From positions 99,730 through 127,186 of the forward strand of contig CAZRDP010000001.1 in the NCBI GenBank assembly GCA_964598985.1: a stretch of 27,457 nucleotides of DNA, read 5' to 3'. This document shows positions 8,929 to 16,511 of the stretch, in pieces. The translations under genes were made by a program, and so were the position numbers. Each line of letters begins with the position of its first letter. Position 1 is the stretch's first letter. Source of the stretch: Candidatus Woesearchaeota archaeon (GTDB lineage Archaea > Nanobdellota > Nanobdellia > Pacearchaeales > GW2011-AR1). The notes beneath the pieces were generated by a model. The model saw only the letters and a program-made list of their open reading frames with translations, searched no databases and was not told the origin of the DNA.

Positions 8929-10461
8929 TTAGCCCTTCTGAATTCTCTTTATAATCTCGCCGAATGCAGGTCTTGTTATTAAAATTCCGAGAGTTAAACC
9001 GATTATTGTCGTGGATGCAAATCCTTTTAGCAATCCTCCCCCGGCAAGATAAAGAGGAATCATTGCAGCAACTAATGTAAGATAGGCACCCATTATAACG
9101 GTGAAAGCATTTTTTATTCTTGCCTTTAAACTCATGTGAACTTCACGTTTTGTTTCATCCAAAATAACAATCTGGTCATTAACTCCCGTACCTATTGCTG
9201 CGAGAATACCTGCAATCGCCGCCAAATCAAGATTTATATCAAGAAGGGCCGCAACACCGAGGGTGATTATGATTTCAGAGATACCCATGCTCAAAACAGC
9301 GACGGATTGTTTGAATTTTTTGTATTTAATGAATATAACTATCGCAACGCTTACCAATGCAACTAACCCAGCAACGAATATAGTCGTAACAAATTTCCCT
9401 CCTAAATTTGGGGAAATAACGTCTAGATTCAATACTTCTAATTCGTAAGGAAAGCTTCCTGTAATAAGCACTGTCTGAAGTTTGTGCATTTGAGATTCTG
9501 CGACGTCGTATGCATCTTCCTGGGTTTCACCGGATCCTGAACCCGAAATTGATATTTGTGTTGCAACCTGCCCCTTGAGGTCTTCGCTTATCAACAAAGT
9601 GTCGACGAGCTGGTCATCCAAATACAAATCAAGAGGTTTTGAAAGATATCCCGGATTTGAAGAGTTTACAGGAATTCTGTTTGTGATATCTGCATGTCTT
9701 TTAGCTGCTTCTTCGCTCAAATAAATTGAGAATTTAAAATTGCAAAAATACCCGGAAGAACTTTGCTGACAGGTTTCTATGTAAGCGCATGTTGCATCAT
9801 TTCTGCATACGGAAGCAATATCTTTATTTCCTCCGACGAAAACCGTTTCATTTCCAATTTTGGCCTCGAATTTTCCCTGGCTTTCAATCATATCCTTCAA
9901 ATCTTCAGGGGTTGCTCCGGCGATTTCCATTCGGACATAATTATTTCCTGCGAGGTCGGAAAACGGCGTAACTTTTATATCTTTTAAACCATAGTTATTT
10001 ACTCTGTTTTCAATTACATCAGCCAAATCTGTTGCTTCCTGAGACGTCAATTCAACACCTTCGGCACGAATTATTGCTCTTGCCCCGCCAGATAAATCTA
10101 ATCCGGTTTTTATACTCGTCTTCGGTAATTTTGAAACAGTTATGTCGGGAGCATTCTTCGAGAATAGAATTATTTCTGAATCCTTTGTTGTGACTATCGT
10201 TTTTACATCTTTTTCCGACGGGAACTTGCTTTGAATATAAGATGAATAATCCTGAGCATTTTCTATTTTTTGATTATCTATTCCGATAATAATTTGCCCT
10301 GCTCTCAATCCTGTTTCAAATGCAGTTGAATTTGAACCCACACTTGTTACTAAAACACCTTTTTGAAATAATGTGAATCCGTTTGGAGATATGAACACGG
10401 ACAACAAAGCAAGAACCAGCACTATCAAATACAACCAAATTTTAAATCCGAGTTTTTTCAT
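8929..10461 (-). CDS. secD: Protein translocase subunit SecD (archaeal type)
   Basis: GLDLSGG, large extracytoplasmic loop, IAGILAAIGTGVNDQIVI, LKGFASTTIIG..ITRPAF. Confidence 0.92.
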   Translation of the reverse strand: MKKLGFKIWLYLIVLVLALLSVFISPNGFTLFQKGVLVTSVGSNSTAFETGLRAGQIIIGIDNQKIENAQDYSSYIQSKFPSEKDVKTIVTTKDSEIILFSKNAPDITVSKLPKTSIKTGLDLSGGARAIIRAEGVELTSQEATDLADVIENRVNNYGLKDIKVTPFSDLAGNNYVRMEIAGATPEDLKDMIESQGKFEAKIGNETVFVGGNKDIASVCRNDATCAYIETCQQSSSGYFCNFKFSIYLSEEAAKRHADITNRIPVNSSNPGYLSKPLDLYLDDQLVDTLLISEDLKGQVATQISISGSGSGETQEDAYDVAESQMHKLQTVLITGSFPYELEVLNLDVISPNLGGKFVTTIFVAGLVALVSVAIVIFIKYKKFKQSVAVLSMGISEIIITLGVAALLDINLDLAAIAGILAAIGTGVNDQIVILDETKREVHMSLKARIKNAFTVIMGAYLTLVAAMIPLYLAGGGLLKGFASTTIIGLTLGILITRPAFGEIIKRIQKG

Positions 10462-11360
10462 TTTGCTTTTTCCTTACGCAGAACATGCCATTTAATTATT
10501 GAAACATTTGTTATCCAAGTGTTAATTAAGTCAAAGGACAACCCGATTGAAATTATTAAAAAAATCTGAGTCAGCACTGCTGAAAAAGATTTTACGACGA
10601 AGAGTGCCGCGACGACGGCTAGCAAAGATACCAAAGTCATTGTTATTCCGGTTTTAAATGCACCATAAATTTTCTCATTTAAATTTCCGTCGTGTCTTTT
10701 CAAAACCCTATCTGTGAGAAGTATATCTGTGTCGACTGAATAACCAATAAGCATGAGTACTGCAATTATCCCTCCCGTTGAAACTTTAACACCCAATAAA
10801 TTTATTGCCGTAATAGTCATAATAATGTTGATAAAAACACAAAAGATAACTGTAATTGAAGGTGTAAACTTTTTGAATAAAATAAAAACCACGACGGCCA
10901 TAAGCGCAAATGCGAGTAGAACTGCTATAATTAATTGTTTGTAAAAATCAGATGTGAAAGAAGATTCGGAAAATTCAAAACTACTATTATCTTCGGTGAG
11001 GGGGTGCCCAAAATAATCTTCTAAAATATTTCTTGTTGAATCTCCGTCCAAGGTTGTTTCAATAATTACGGCTATCTGCTCTCCCGTTACTAAATCGGAA
11101 ACCTCCCTGATGTTTAAATCGGGAAGTTTGTTACCGAGATCCTGATTTAGAATATCTATATCCTGTTTTTCATAGATTGTTACGGAAGTTCCACCAAGAA
11201 GAGAAATATCTTTGTGAATGATATCTCCGGTTTGTGAATAAAAAATTATAAGATAAATTACAGAAAACAAAATAATTAATCCTGGGATTATCAATAATTT
11301 TTTGTAATGTCTGTCGTGCCAATTCTTTTTTGTATTTTCCTGTGTTTGATTTTCTTCCAT
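10458..11360 (-). CDS. secF: Protein translocase subunit SecF (archaeal type)
   Basis: DISLLGGT, LMLIGYSVDTDILLT, GITMT; ATGA overlap with secD. Confidence 0.92.
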   Translation of the reverse strand: MEENQTQENTKKNWHDRHYKKLLIIPGLIILFSVIYLIIFYSQTGDIIHKDISLLGGTSVTIYEKQDIDILNQDLGNKLPDLNIREVSDLVTGEQIAVIIETTLDGDSTRNILEDYFGHPLTEDNSSFEFSESSFTSDFYKQLIIAVLLAFALMAVVVFILFKKFTPSITVIFCVFINIIMTITAINLLGVKVSTGGIIAVLMLIGYSVDTDILLTDRVLKRHDGNLNEKIYGAFKTGITMTLVSLLAVVAALFVVKSFSAVLTQIFLIISIGLSFDLINTWITNVSIIKWHVLRKEKAK

Positions 11361-11374
11361 TTTTTAATCTGCTT

Positions 11375-11394
11375 CATGCGCGGACGGGGATTCG
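11375..11394 (-). repeat. Direct copy of the tRNA-Gly 3' end (18 nt) plus 2 nt of trailer
   Basis: catgcgcggacggggattcg is identical at 11375-11394 and 11469-11488. Confidence 0.95.
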
Positions 11395-11396
11395 TG

Positions 11397-11422
11397 CTGA
11401 AAACATCTCTTCGAGATTTTCG
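11397..11422. repeat. 26-bp hairpin element, copy 1
   Basis: ctgaaaacatctcttcgagattttcg is identical to 12253-12278; atctc/gagat stem with gaaa/tttc extension. Confidence 0.95.
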
Positions 11423-11470
11423 CGTCGCTCGCCGATGCGTCGTCGAACGAAACAAGTTCGAATCCGTCCA

Positions 11471-11542
11471 TGCGCGGACGGGGATTCGAACCCCGGTCAT
11501 CTGGTTGGAAGCCAGAGATTCTAACCACTGAACTATCCACGC
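11471..11542 (-). tRNA. tRNA-Gly(TCC)
   Basis: GCGTGGA/TCCGCGC acceptor stem, TCTGG-CTTCCAA-CCAGA anticodon arm, GGTTCGAATCC T-arm; CCA not encoded. Confidence 0.96.
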
Positions 11543-11565
11543 TTTAACAAAGATAATAAAATCGG

Positions 11566-11572
11566 TTTTAAA
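11566..11572 (-). promoter_or_regulatory. Archaeal TATA box with upstream A-rich BRE-like tract for tRNA-Gly
   Basis: Minus strand reads GCAAAAACC-TTTAAAA, 24-30 nt upstream of the tRNA 5' end. Confidence 0.6.
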
Positions 11573-11624
11573 GGTTTTTGCTTTTCGGGATAATGTTTAT
11601 TAAGATAAAAAAATTAACTTTTCG

Positions 11625-12110
11625 ATGAAAAAAGGGTTGAAATTTTTTTTGCTTGTTTTTGGTTTGTGTGCTGTGATGGGATTTATTACACTTATGGAAG
11701 TGATTGATTTTGACTTGTTCAGCAAAGTTTTTCTTTTTATAAAAAGCCCGGCGTCGTGGTTTGTTGGTCTTAGCCTGGCTTATGCAATTTCAAATTTTTT
11801 CCAGAAAAGAATAATAAGATTTTTTTCGAAAAAGAAAAATGTGGACGAGAAAACCAGCGAAGGCAATTTTGAAATTTTTTTGGTTACACTCATTTTGACC
11901 TCGCTTATGACCCCATTCATAAAACAACTCGCGGTTTATTTTTTCACGAATTTTTTTATTTATTTTCATGTCATAATGCTACAATCAATGATAATACTTT
12001 ATCTTTTTTTTAAACTTAAAAATAATTATGAAATATCCAGCAAATACTTTTTGACGTCGGAAGTTATCGCTTTGATATTTACTGCTATAATTCTTTACTT
12101 CGTTGCTTAA
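11625..12110 (+). CDS. Hypothetical multi-pass membrane protein
   Basis: 161 aa with about 5 hydrophobic segments; TTTATTAA about 25 nt upstream. Confidence 0.7.
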   Translation: MKKGLKFFLLVFGLCAVMGFITLMEVIDFDLFSKVFLFIKSPASWFVGLSLAYAISNFFQKRIIRFFSKKKNVDEKTSEGNFEIFLVTLILTSLMTPFIKQLAVYFFTNFFIYFHVIMLQSMIILYLFFKLKNNYEISSKYFLTSEVIALIFTAIILYFVA

Positions 12111-12119
12111 TTGATTTTA

Positions 12120-12195
12120 CGCGCTCGGAAGGATTTGAACCTTCGACTCCCTCCTTAGGACGGAGGTACTCTAATCCAGGCTGAGTTACGAGCGC
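12120..12195 (-). tRNA. tRNA-Arg(CCT), with G at position 32
   Basis: GCGCTCG/CGAGCGC acceptor, ACTC/GAGT D-stem, CCTCC-GTCCTAA-GGAGG anticodon arm, GAAGG-TTCAAAT-CCTTC T-arm. Confidence 0.92.
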
Positions 12196-12205
12196 ATATT
12201 TTCGC

Positions 12206-12252
12206 AGGCGATTTTCTCATCCATGCGGGAAACAGGATTCGAACCTGCGCAA
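12206..12252 (-). repeat. 47-bp tandem copy of the tRNA-Leu 3' end (29 nt) plus trailer
   Basis: Identical to 12280-12326; extends to 55 bp with 1 mismatch; 74-bp period. Confidence 0.95.
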
Positions 12253-12278
12253 CTGAAAACATCTCTTCGAGATTTTCG
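12253..12278. repeat. 26-bp hairpin element, copy 2
   Basis: Identical to 11397-11422. Confidence 0.95.
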
Positions 12279-12297
12279 TAGGCGATTTTCTCATCCA

Positions 12298-12381
12298 TGC
12301 GGGAAACAGGATTCGAACCTGCGCAAGCACTAAGCTACGAGAGCCTTAATCTCGCCCGTTTGACCACTCCGGCATTCCCGC
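12298..12381 (-). tRNA. tRNA-Leu, class II; canonical folding gives anticodon AAG
   Basis: 84 nt. GCGGGAA/TTCCCGC acceptor, CCGG..ACGG D-stem, CGAGA-TTAAGGC-TCTCG anticodon arm, long variable arm, A discriminator. Confidence 0.9.
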
Positions 12382-12404
12382 TTGTTTTTTAAAAAAATTG
12401 AGAG

Positions 12405-12411
12405 TATAAAA
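12405..12411 (-). promoter_or_regulatory. TATA box for the tRNA-Leu/tRNA-Arg transcript
   Basis: TTTTATA on the minus strand, 24-30 nt upstream of 12381. Confidence 0.55.
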
Positions 12412-12466
12412 AAGTATATTTTTGAAACATCTAAATCTTTTTAAAACCGGAGTATTTTTACTTCTT

Positions 12467-12625
12467 ATGGGAAACAGCGTTACCTTGAAAATGGCAGTGA
12501 TTGCAGGCGCTTCAAAAGCACTGAAATTGAAAGCGGAAAATGTTCGTTGGACCGACGAGAAAGTTCTTCAAAAAATCAATCAGGAAGTCAGAGAAATTAT
12601 CGGAAAACTCAATAAGGAAGAATAA
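12467..12625 (+). CDS. Small hypothetical protein (52 aa), resembling small Pacearchaeota proteins
   Basis: ATG at 12467 lies about 22 nt after TATA tttttaaa (12438-12445), a better start than the listed TTG at 12422; motif LKMAVIAGASKAL. Confidence 0.6.
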   Translation: MGNSVTLKMAVIAGASKALKLKAENVRWTDEKVLQKINQEVREIIGKLNKEE

Positions 12626-12729
12626 CAAAATTTAAATAGGCCGGTACTGTCCGACAAGATGGGAAAGTTTCAAGCTGTCTTATTTTTATTTTTAGAAAGA
12701 TAATTAAACTATTTTATACAAGATACCCT

Positions 12730-12903
12730 ATGCATAAAGAGGTTTTGAGATTAATTTTTTCAATTTCAGGTTTAATTTTTGTTTTTCTTACAATGACTTT
12801 AGGTGTTCTAACGCTTAAAGGGAAAAGGATTTCAAATTATCATAAAATTTCTGCAGGAATTATTTTTTTGCTTATTTTAATTCCTGTTATATTAAATCCA
12901 TAA
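12730..12903 (+). CDS. Small two-TM membrane protein (57 aa), absent from the ORF track
   Basis: MHKEVLRLIFSISGLIFVFLTMTLGVLTLKGKRISNYHKISAGIIFLLILIPVILNP*; stops 1 nt before the next gene. Confidence 0.65.
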   Translation: MHKEVLRLIFSISGLIFVFLTMTLGVLTLKGKRISNYHKISAGIIFLLILIPVILNP

Positions 12904-12904
12904 A

Positions 12905-13588
12905 ATGAATTATGAAAAAAAGATTTCCAAAATTATAAGATATCTTAGAACAAAAAACAAGGTTTTGATTTTATCCACTTCTAATCGTTGGGGTGATGAA
13001 AAACCAAAGAGTCTTTTTTTAGCTGAGAAAATTTTTAAAGAATTGGATAATGCAAAAATAATTGATATTTCTAGATTAAAAATTTACAAATGCGAAGGAA
13101 ATGTTTCTTCTTCAAAAGGAAATATTTGCGGGGTTAAAGGGGCTTGCTTGAAAGATAAAAATAAAAACCCGTCGGGACTTCATTGTTGTTGGGCTTCAAT
13201 AAATAATAAAGACGATGAACTTTGGAAAGTTACAAAAGAACTTTTTGAATCTGATTGTGTTTTGTTCTTTAGTTCTGTTCGTTGGGGGCAAACAAATTCA
13301 ATCTATCAAAAACTTTTGGAGAGGTTGACATTCATTGAAAATAAAGCAACAACATTGAAGGGTGAAAATATCTTAGAGGATAAAGAAGCTGGACTAATTT
13401 TATTGGGGCATAATTGGAATGGACATAATGTTTTGAAAAACCAAAGAAATGCATTGAATTATTTTGGATTTAAAACTCCTAAAAAATTATTTTTAAATTG
13501 GCAATATACGGATAATTCTTATGATGAAAGTGCTGAAGGGTACAAAAAGGCAATTGAAAAATTTAAAGGAGATTTTGGAACTAGATGA
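12905..13588 (+). CDS. NAD(P)H-dependent FMN reductase / iron-sulfur-flavoprotein-like flavodoxin-fold protein
   Basis: VLILSTSNR, Cys-rich insert, DCVLFFSSVRWGQTNSIYQKLLERL, KEAGLILLG. Confidence 0.7.
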   Translation: MNYEKKISKIIRYLRTKNKVLILSTSNRWGDEKPKSLFLAEKIFKELDNAKIIDISRLKIYKCEGNVSSSKGNICGVKGACLKDKNKNPSGLHCCWASINNKDDELWKVTKELFESDCVLFFSSVRWGQTNSIYQKLLERLTFIENKATTLKGENILEDKEAGLILLGHNWNGHNVLKNQRNALNYFGFKTPKKLFLNWQYTDNSYDESAEGYKKAIEKFKGDFGTR

Positions 13589-14312
13589 ATTTTTCCAAAC
13601 CTTTAATATATTCTTTATTTATTCCTTCCAGCCTAAATATCACAACTTTTTTGAAACCTGCTTTTTGAACAAATTCCAAATCTTTTTGTAAATTTTCCGG
13701 AGATAAAATTGGTTCATTTCCGAGAATGCCTGTTGCAATTGTTCCAAGAGAAATTGAATAATTTGATTTGTTTTTAATTTGAAACATTTTATTTTTCCAT
13801 TCTTCCTGATTTTTTAACGAACTCATGCTTGAATAAAACATCAAACTTTTTTCATGTTCAACAGGATAATCTAAACCAAGAAATTTTGCAAGTTTGGAAT
13901 ATGCTCCACGAATATATTCCGCCGTCGTTATCCTTTCTTTATTTTGTTCAAGAAAATTTTTGATTAATTTTTTATTTTTTACAAAATGAAAAATATTTTT
14001 GAAATACATTTTCCATCTTTTTCTCAAAGGAAGTTCCAAATCAATCAGCAACGGATTTTTTATTTTATTTAGTTCATTAAATAATTCTGTTAAATCTTCC
14101 GTGTTTGCAAAAGGAGAAATCCAATAAGAATTTTTTACAATTGGCCAGTAAGCCACCTCTAAATCTTTTTTATATTTCTTAGTGAGTTTTTCATATTTGC
14201 GAAATTCTTTAAGCGATTTTGAAGCAATAAATATTTTCGTCGGAAATTTTAATAATTTTAATTTTTTAAAATTCTGTTCAGAAGGAAATTCTTCATAAAA
14301 TTCTATATTCAT
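13581..14312 (-). CDS. Conserved hypothetical protein
   Basis: 243-aa ORF 30 nt downstream of rpoN; ends in TAG with an 8-bp convergent overlap. Confidence 0.75.
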   Translation of the reverse strand: MNIEFYEEFPSEQNFKKLKLLKFPTKIFIASKSLKEFRKYEKLTKKYKKDLEVAYWPIVKNSYWISPFANTEDLTELFNELNKIKNPLLIDLELPLRKRWKMYFKNIFHFVKNKKLIKNFLEQNKERITTAEYIRGAYSKLAKFLGLDYPVEHEKSLMFYSSMSSLKNQEEWKNKMFQIKNKSNYSISLGTIATGILGNEPILSPENLQKDLEFVQKAGFKKVVIFRLEGINKEYIKGLEKFI

Positions 14313-14342
14313 TAAATTAATAATTTTTAGAACTAATTAAAA

Positions 14343-14540
14343 TTAACTTTTCTTAAATTTAGAAACAATTTCAATCGTATCTGTCTGTCCGAGGAAAACA
14401 CTTCTGCAGCACATTCTCTCAACACCTAATTCGTCAAGGACTTTCTTTTTGTTTTCACCTTCGTCGGTTCTTTTCTTGAATTCTTCCCACAAATGACCTA
14501 TGGGCTTGCCACACGAAAAACATCTTACCGGAATTATCAT
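14343..14540 (-). CDS. rpoN: DNA-directed RNA polymerase subunit N (Rpo10)
   Basis: MIIPVRCFSCGK...LGVERMCCR; TATA at 14562-14569 suggests a leaderless mRNA. Confidence 0.96.
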   Translation of the reverse strand: MIIPVRCFSCGKPIGHLWEEFKKRTDEGENKKKVLDELGVERMCCRSVFLGQTDTIEIVSKFKKS

Positions 14541-14662
14541 AATATTAGTGCTTGAAGATAGTTTTTAAAGTTTTTGATGAATAACCGAAAAATATTAATT
14601 CCGTATACAAATCTTTAAAAACTATTTCAAATTAAATCAAAATATCCAAAAGAGGAAACAAG

Positions 14663-14857
14663 ATGAGATGCATTTATTGTAAGTCTGAAATACATGACAA
14701 CAGATCCATGGAAATTTGTGATAAATGCGGGGTTAATGTATGGGGTGCAAAAATGTTCAGCGCAATCCGCCAGGCCACAGATGAAGCAAGAGATAACAAC
14801 GATTTATGCAGGACAAATATGAATCCTGAAGAGGTTCCGAACGTCGGCAAATCATGA
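14663..14857 (+). CDS. Small Zn-finger protein (two CxxC pairs)
   Basis: CIYC...CDKC, WG.KMF; GAGGA SD-like site upstream. Confidence 0.7.
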   Translation: MRCIYCKSEIHDNRSMEICDKCGVNVWGAKMFSAIRQATDEARDNNDLCRTNMNPEEVPNVGKS

Positions 14858-14896
14858 TATAGATAGTTTTTTAAAGCGCATATTTCTGAATAATTT

Positions 14897-15151
14897 ATGG
14901 TAAATAAGAAGCCGATAAGAGAACGCGGAAAAATTCAACTGAGCAAATATTTCCAGAAATTCAGCGACGGGGAGAATGTTACAGTTGTCAGAGAAAGATC
15001 GCAAAAAATTAATTTTCCGACAAGAATTCAAGGAAGAACCGGCGTAATTGAAGGAAAACAGGGACGGAATTATTTTGTAAAAATTGAAAAAGAAAAAAAG
15101 AAATTTCTCATAGCGCCTATACATTTAAAAAAAATAAAAACTTCAGAATAA
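14897..15151 (+). CDS. rpl21e: 50S ribosomal protein L21e
   Basis: LSKYFQKF..G, FP.RIQGRTG.I.GKQG, IAPIHLK; TATA near 14869-14876. Confidence 0.92.
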   Translation: MVNKKPIRERGKIQLSKYFQKFSDGENVTVVRERSQKINFPTRIQGRTGVIEGKQGRNYFVKIEKEKKKFLIAPIHLKKIKTSE

Positions 15152-15152
15152 A

Positions 15153-15458
15153 ATGATAATTAGTACAACTGAATTAAGTATGGCAGAAGCCGTAGAATAC
15201 GTCGACAAAAAGGACGAACAGGGAGCGAAAGCAATTGCGTTTATAAAAAAATTTACGGATACCGATGTGAAAAATGCAAAAGATATGAGAAAAAAACTCC
15301 GTGAGTTAAATATGATAAAACTTAACGGACAAAATATTACAAAAATTATTGATATGCTTCCTGAAAATGCCGAGGAAATAAATAAAATACTCTTGAGCGC
15401 AAATTTGGACGAAGATGAAACAAAAAAAATCATTGACATTGTTAAACAATTCAAATAA
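15153..15458 (+). CDS. rpoF: RNA polymerase subunit F (Rpo4)
   Basis: KIIDMLPENAEEI HRDC-like motif; canonical position after rpl21e. Confidence 0.85.
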   Translation: MIISTTELSMAEAVEYVDKKDEQGAKAIAFIKKFTDTDVKNAKDMRKKLRELNMIKLNGQNITKIIDMLPENAEEINKILLSANLDEDETKKIIDIVKQFK

Positions 15459-15463
15459 AAAAA

Positions 15464-16003
15464 ATGGCACGCGAAGAAAATGCAATAATACTAGAATACT
15501 TGCCGAACGGTTATCCGTTGTCGAAGAAAATGCTTCCTATAGCGCAAGCTATTGGTGAAAATAATTTAATACTTCTTGAATTGATTCCGAGAAAAGGCAT
15601 TCAGTTGAATTTAGGCGAAGTTGTTTACATCGGCGAAGGAAAAAGAGATAAAATTTATTATATAAAAGGAAGATTGCACCGCGAGAAATTGACAGAGACC
15701 GCAAAAAAACAATTAGAAGAATTTATAAAGGATATTGTTAAAAAAAGAGAGAAAGAATTCGTGAATTTTTTCAATAAAGCTGATGCAATAAATAAGAGAA
15801 CTCATCAGATTGAATTGATTCCGGGCATGGGAAAAAAACACATGCAGGAAATACTTAAGCAAAGGAAAGAAAAAGAATTTGAGTCGTTTGAAGACATGAA
15901 AAGCAGAATTCCGAATCTTCCAGACCCTGAAAAAGCCGTCGAGAAAAGAATTTTTCAGGAATTAACAAACCTCGAACGACAAAATTTATTTTGCGTAAAT
16001 TAA
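15464..16003 (+). CDS. DUF655 putative nucleic-acid-binding protein
   Basis: AQAIGE..LILLEL, RTHQIELIPGMGKKH, FESFED; canonical position after rpoF. Confidence 0.88.
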   Translation: MAREENAIILEYLPNGYPLSKKMLPIAQAIGENNLILLELIPRKGIQLNLGEVVYIGEGKRDKIYYIKGRLHREKLTETAKKQLEEFIKDIVKKREKEFVNFFNKADAINKRTHQIELIPGMGKKHMQEILKQRKEKEFESFEDMKSRIPNLPDPEKAVEKRIFQELTNLERQNLFCVN

Positions 16004-16004
16004 A

Positions 16005-16502
16005 ATGGAACAAAAACAAACACAACAGAAAAGCACAGAAAGAGTAGTCAGAATTCTGTCAAAAGATATAGAAGGAAAAACAACATTATATTCGGGGCTG
16101 ACAAAAATAAAAGGAGTCTCGTGGGGGCTTTCAAATGCAGTTTGCCACATACTGAAAATAGACAAAACAAAAAAAATAGGAGAATTGTCTCCGGAAGAAA
16201 TAAAAAAAATTGAAGAATTTATTAAAAATCCGGACGTTCCGATTTTTTTGATGAACAGAAGAGGAGATTTGGAAACGGGCGAGGACAAACATCTTCAGGG
16301 AACAAATCTTGAATTGAGAAAAGATTTTGATATAAAAAGATTAAAACAAATAAGAAGTTACAGAGGATTAAGGCATAGTTTAGGACAACCGGTGAGAGGT
16401 CAGAGAACAAAGGCGCATTTCAGAACTAACAGAAGAAAAGGTTCGGGAATAAAGAGAAAAGCACAAAAAACTGAAAAACCTTATGAAGGAGGAAAAAAAT
16501 AA
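16005..16502 (+). CDS. rps13: 30S ribosomal protein S13
   Basis: LTKIKGV, NRRGDLETG, IRSYRGLRH..GQPVRGQRTK. Confidence 0.96.
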   Translation: MEQKQTQQKSTERVVRILSKDIEGKTTLYSGLTKIKGVSWGLSNAVCHILKIDKTKKIGELSPEEIKKIEEFIKNPDVPIFLMNRRGDLETGEDKHLQGTNLELRKDFDIKRLKQIRSYRGLRHSLGQPVRGQRTKAHFRTNRRKGSGIKRKAQKTEKPYEGGKK

Positions 16503-16511
16503 TTTTTTAAA

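Noticed and set aside
9136-10944. Plus-strand ORFs inside secD/secF
   Set aside because: Antisense shadows of conserved genes.
11291-11531. ORFs 11291..11500, 11307..11531 and 11330..11524
   Set aside because: They overlap tRNA-Gly, its repeats and the secF start; they are open because of local GC richness.
12224-12252. Partial tRNA-Leu as a trans-spliced split-tRNA half
   Set aside because: It covers only the T-arm and acceptor 3' strand, duplicates a complete adjacent tRNA, and has no visible bulge-helix-bulge or complementary leader.
12338-12354. Reading the Leu anticodon as TAA
   Set aside because: This needs a one-base shift that leaves a C-T mismatch in the stem, A at position 32, and no unpaired base 26. 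The AAG register gives a perfect stem.
12639-12703. Known riboswitch (for example fluoride) upstream of the small membrane gene
   Set aside because: No consensus motif could be matched by eye; an Rfam scan would be needed.
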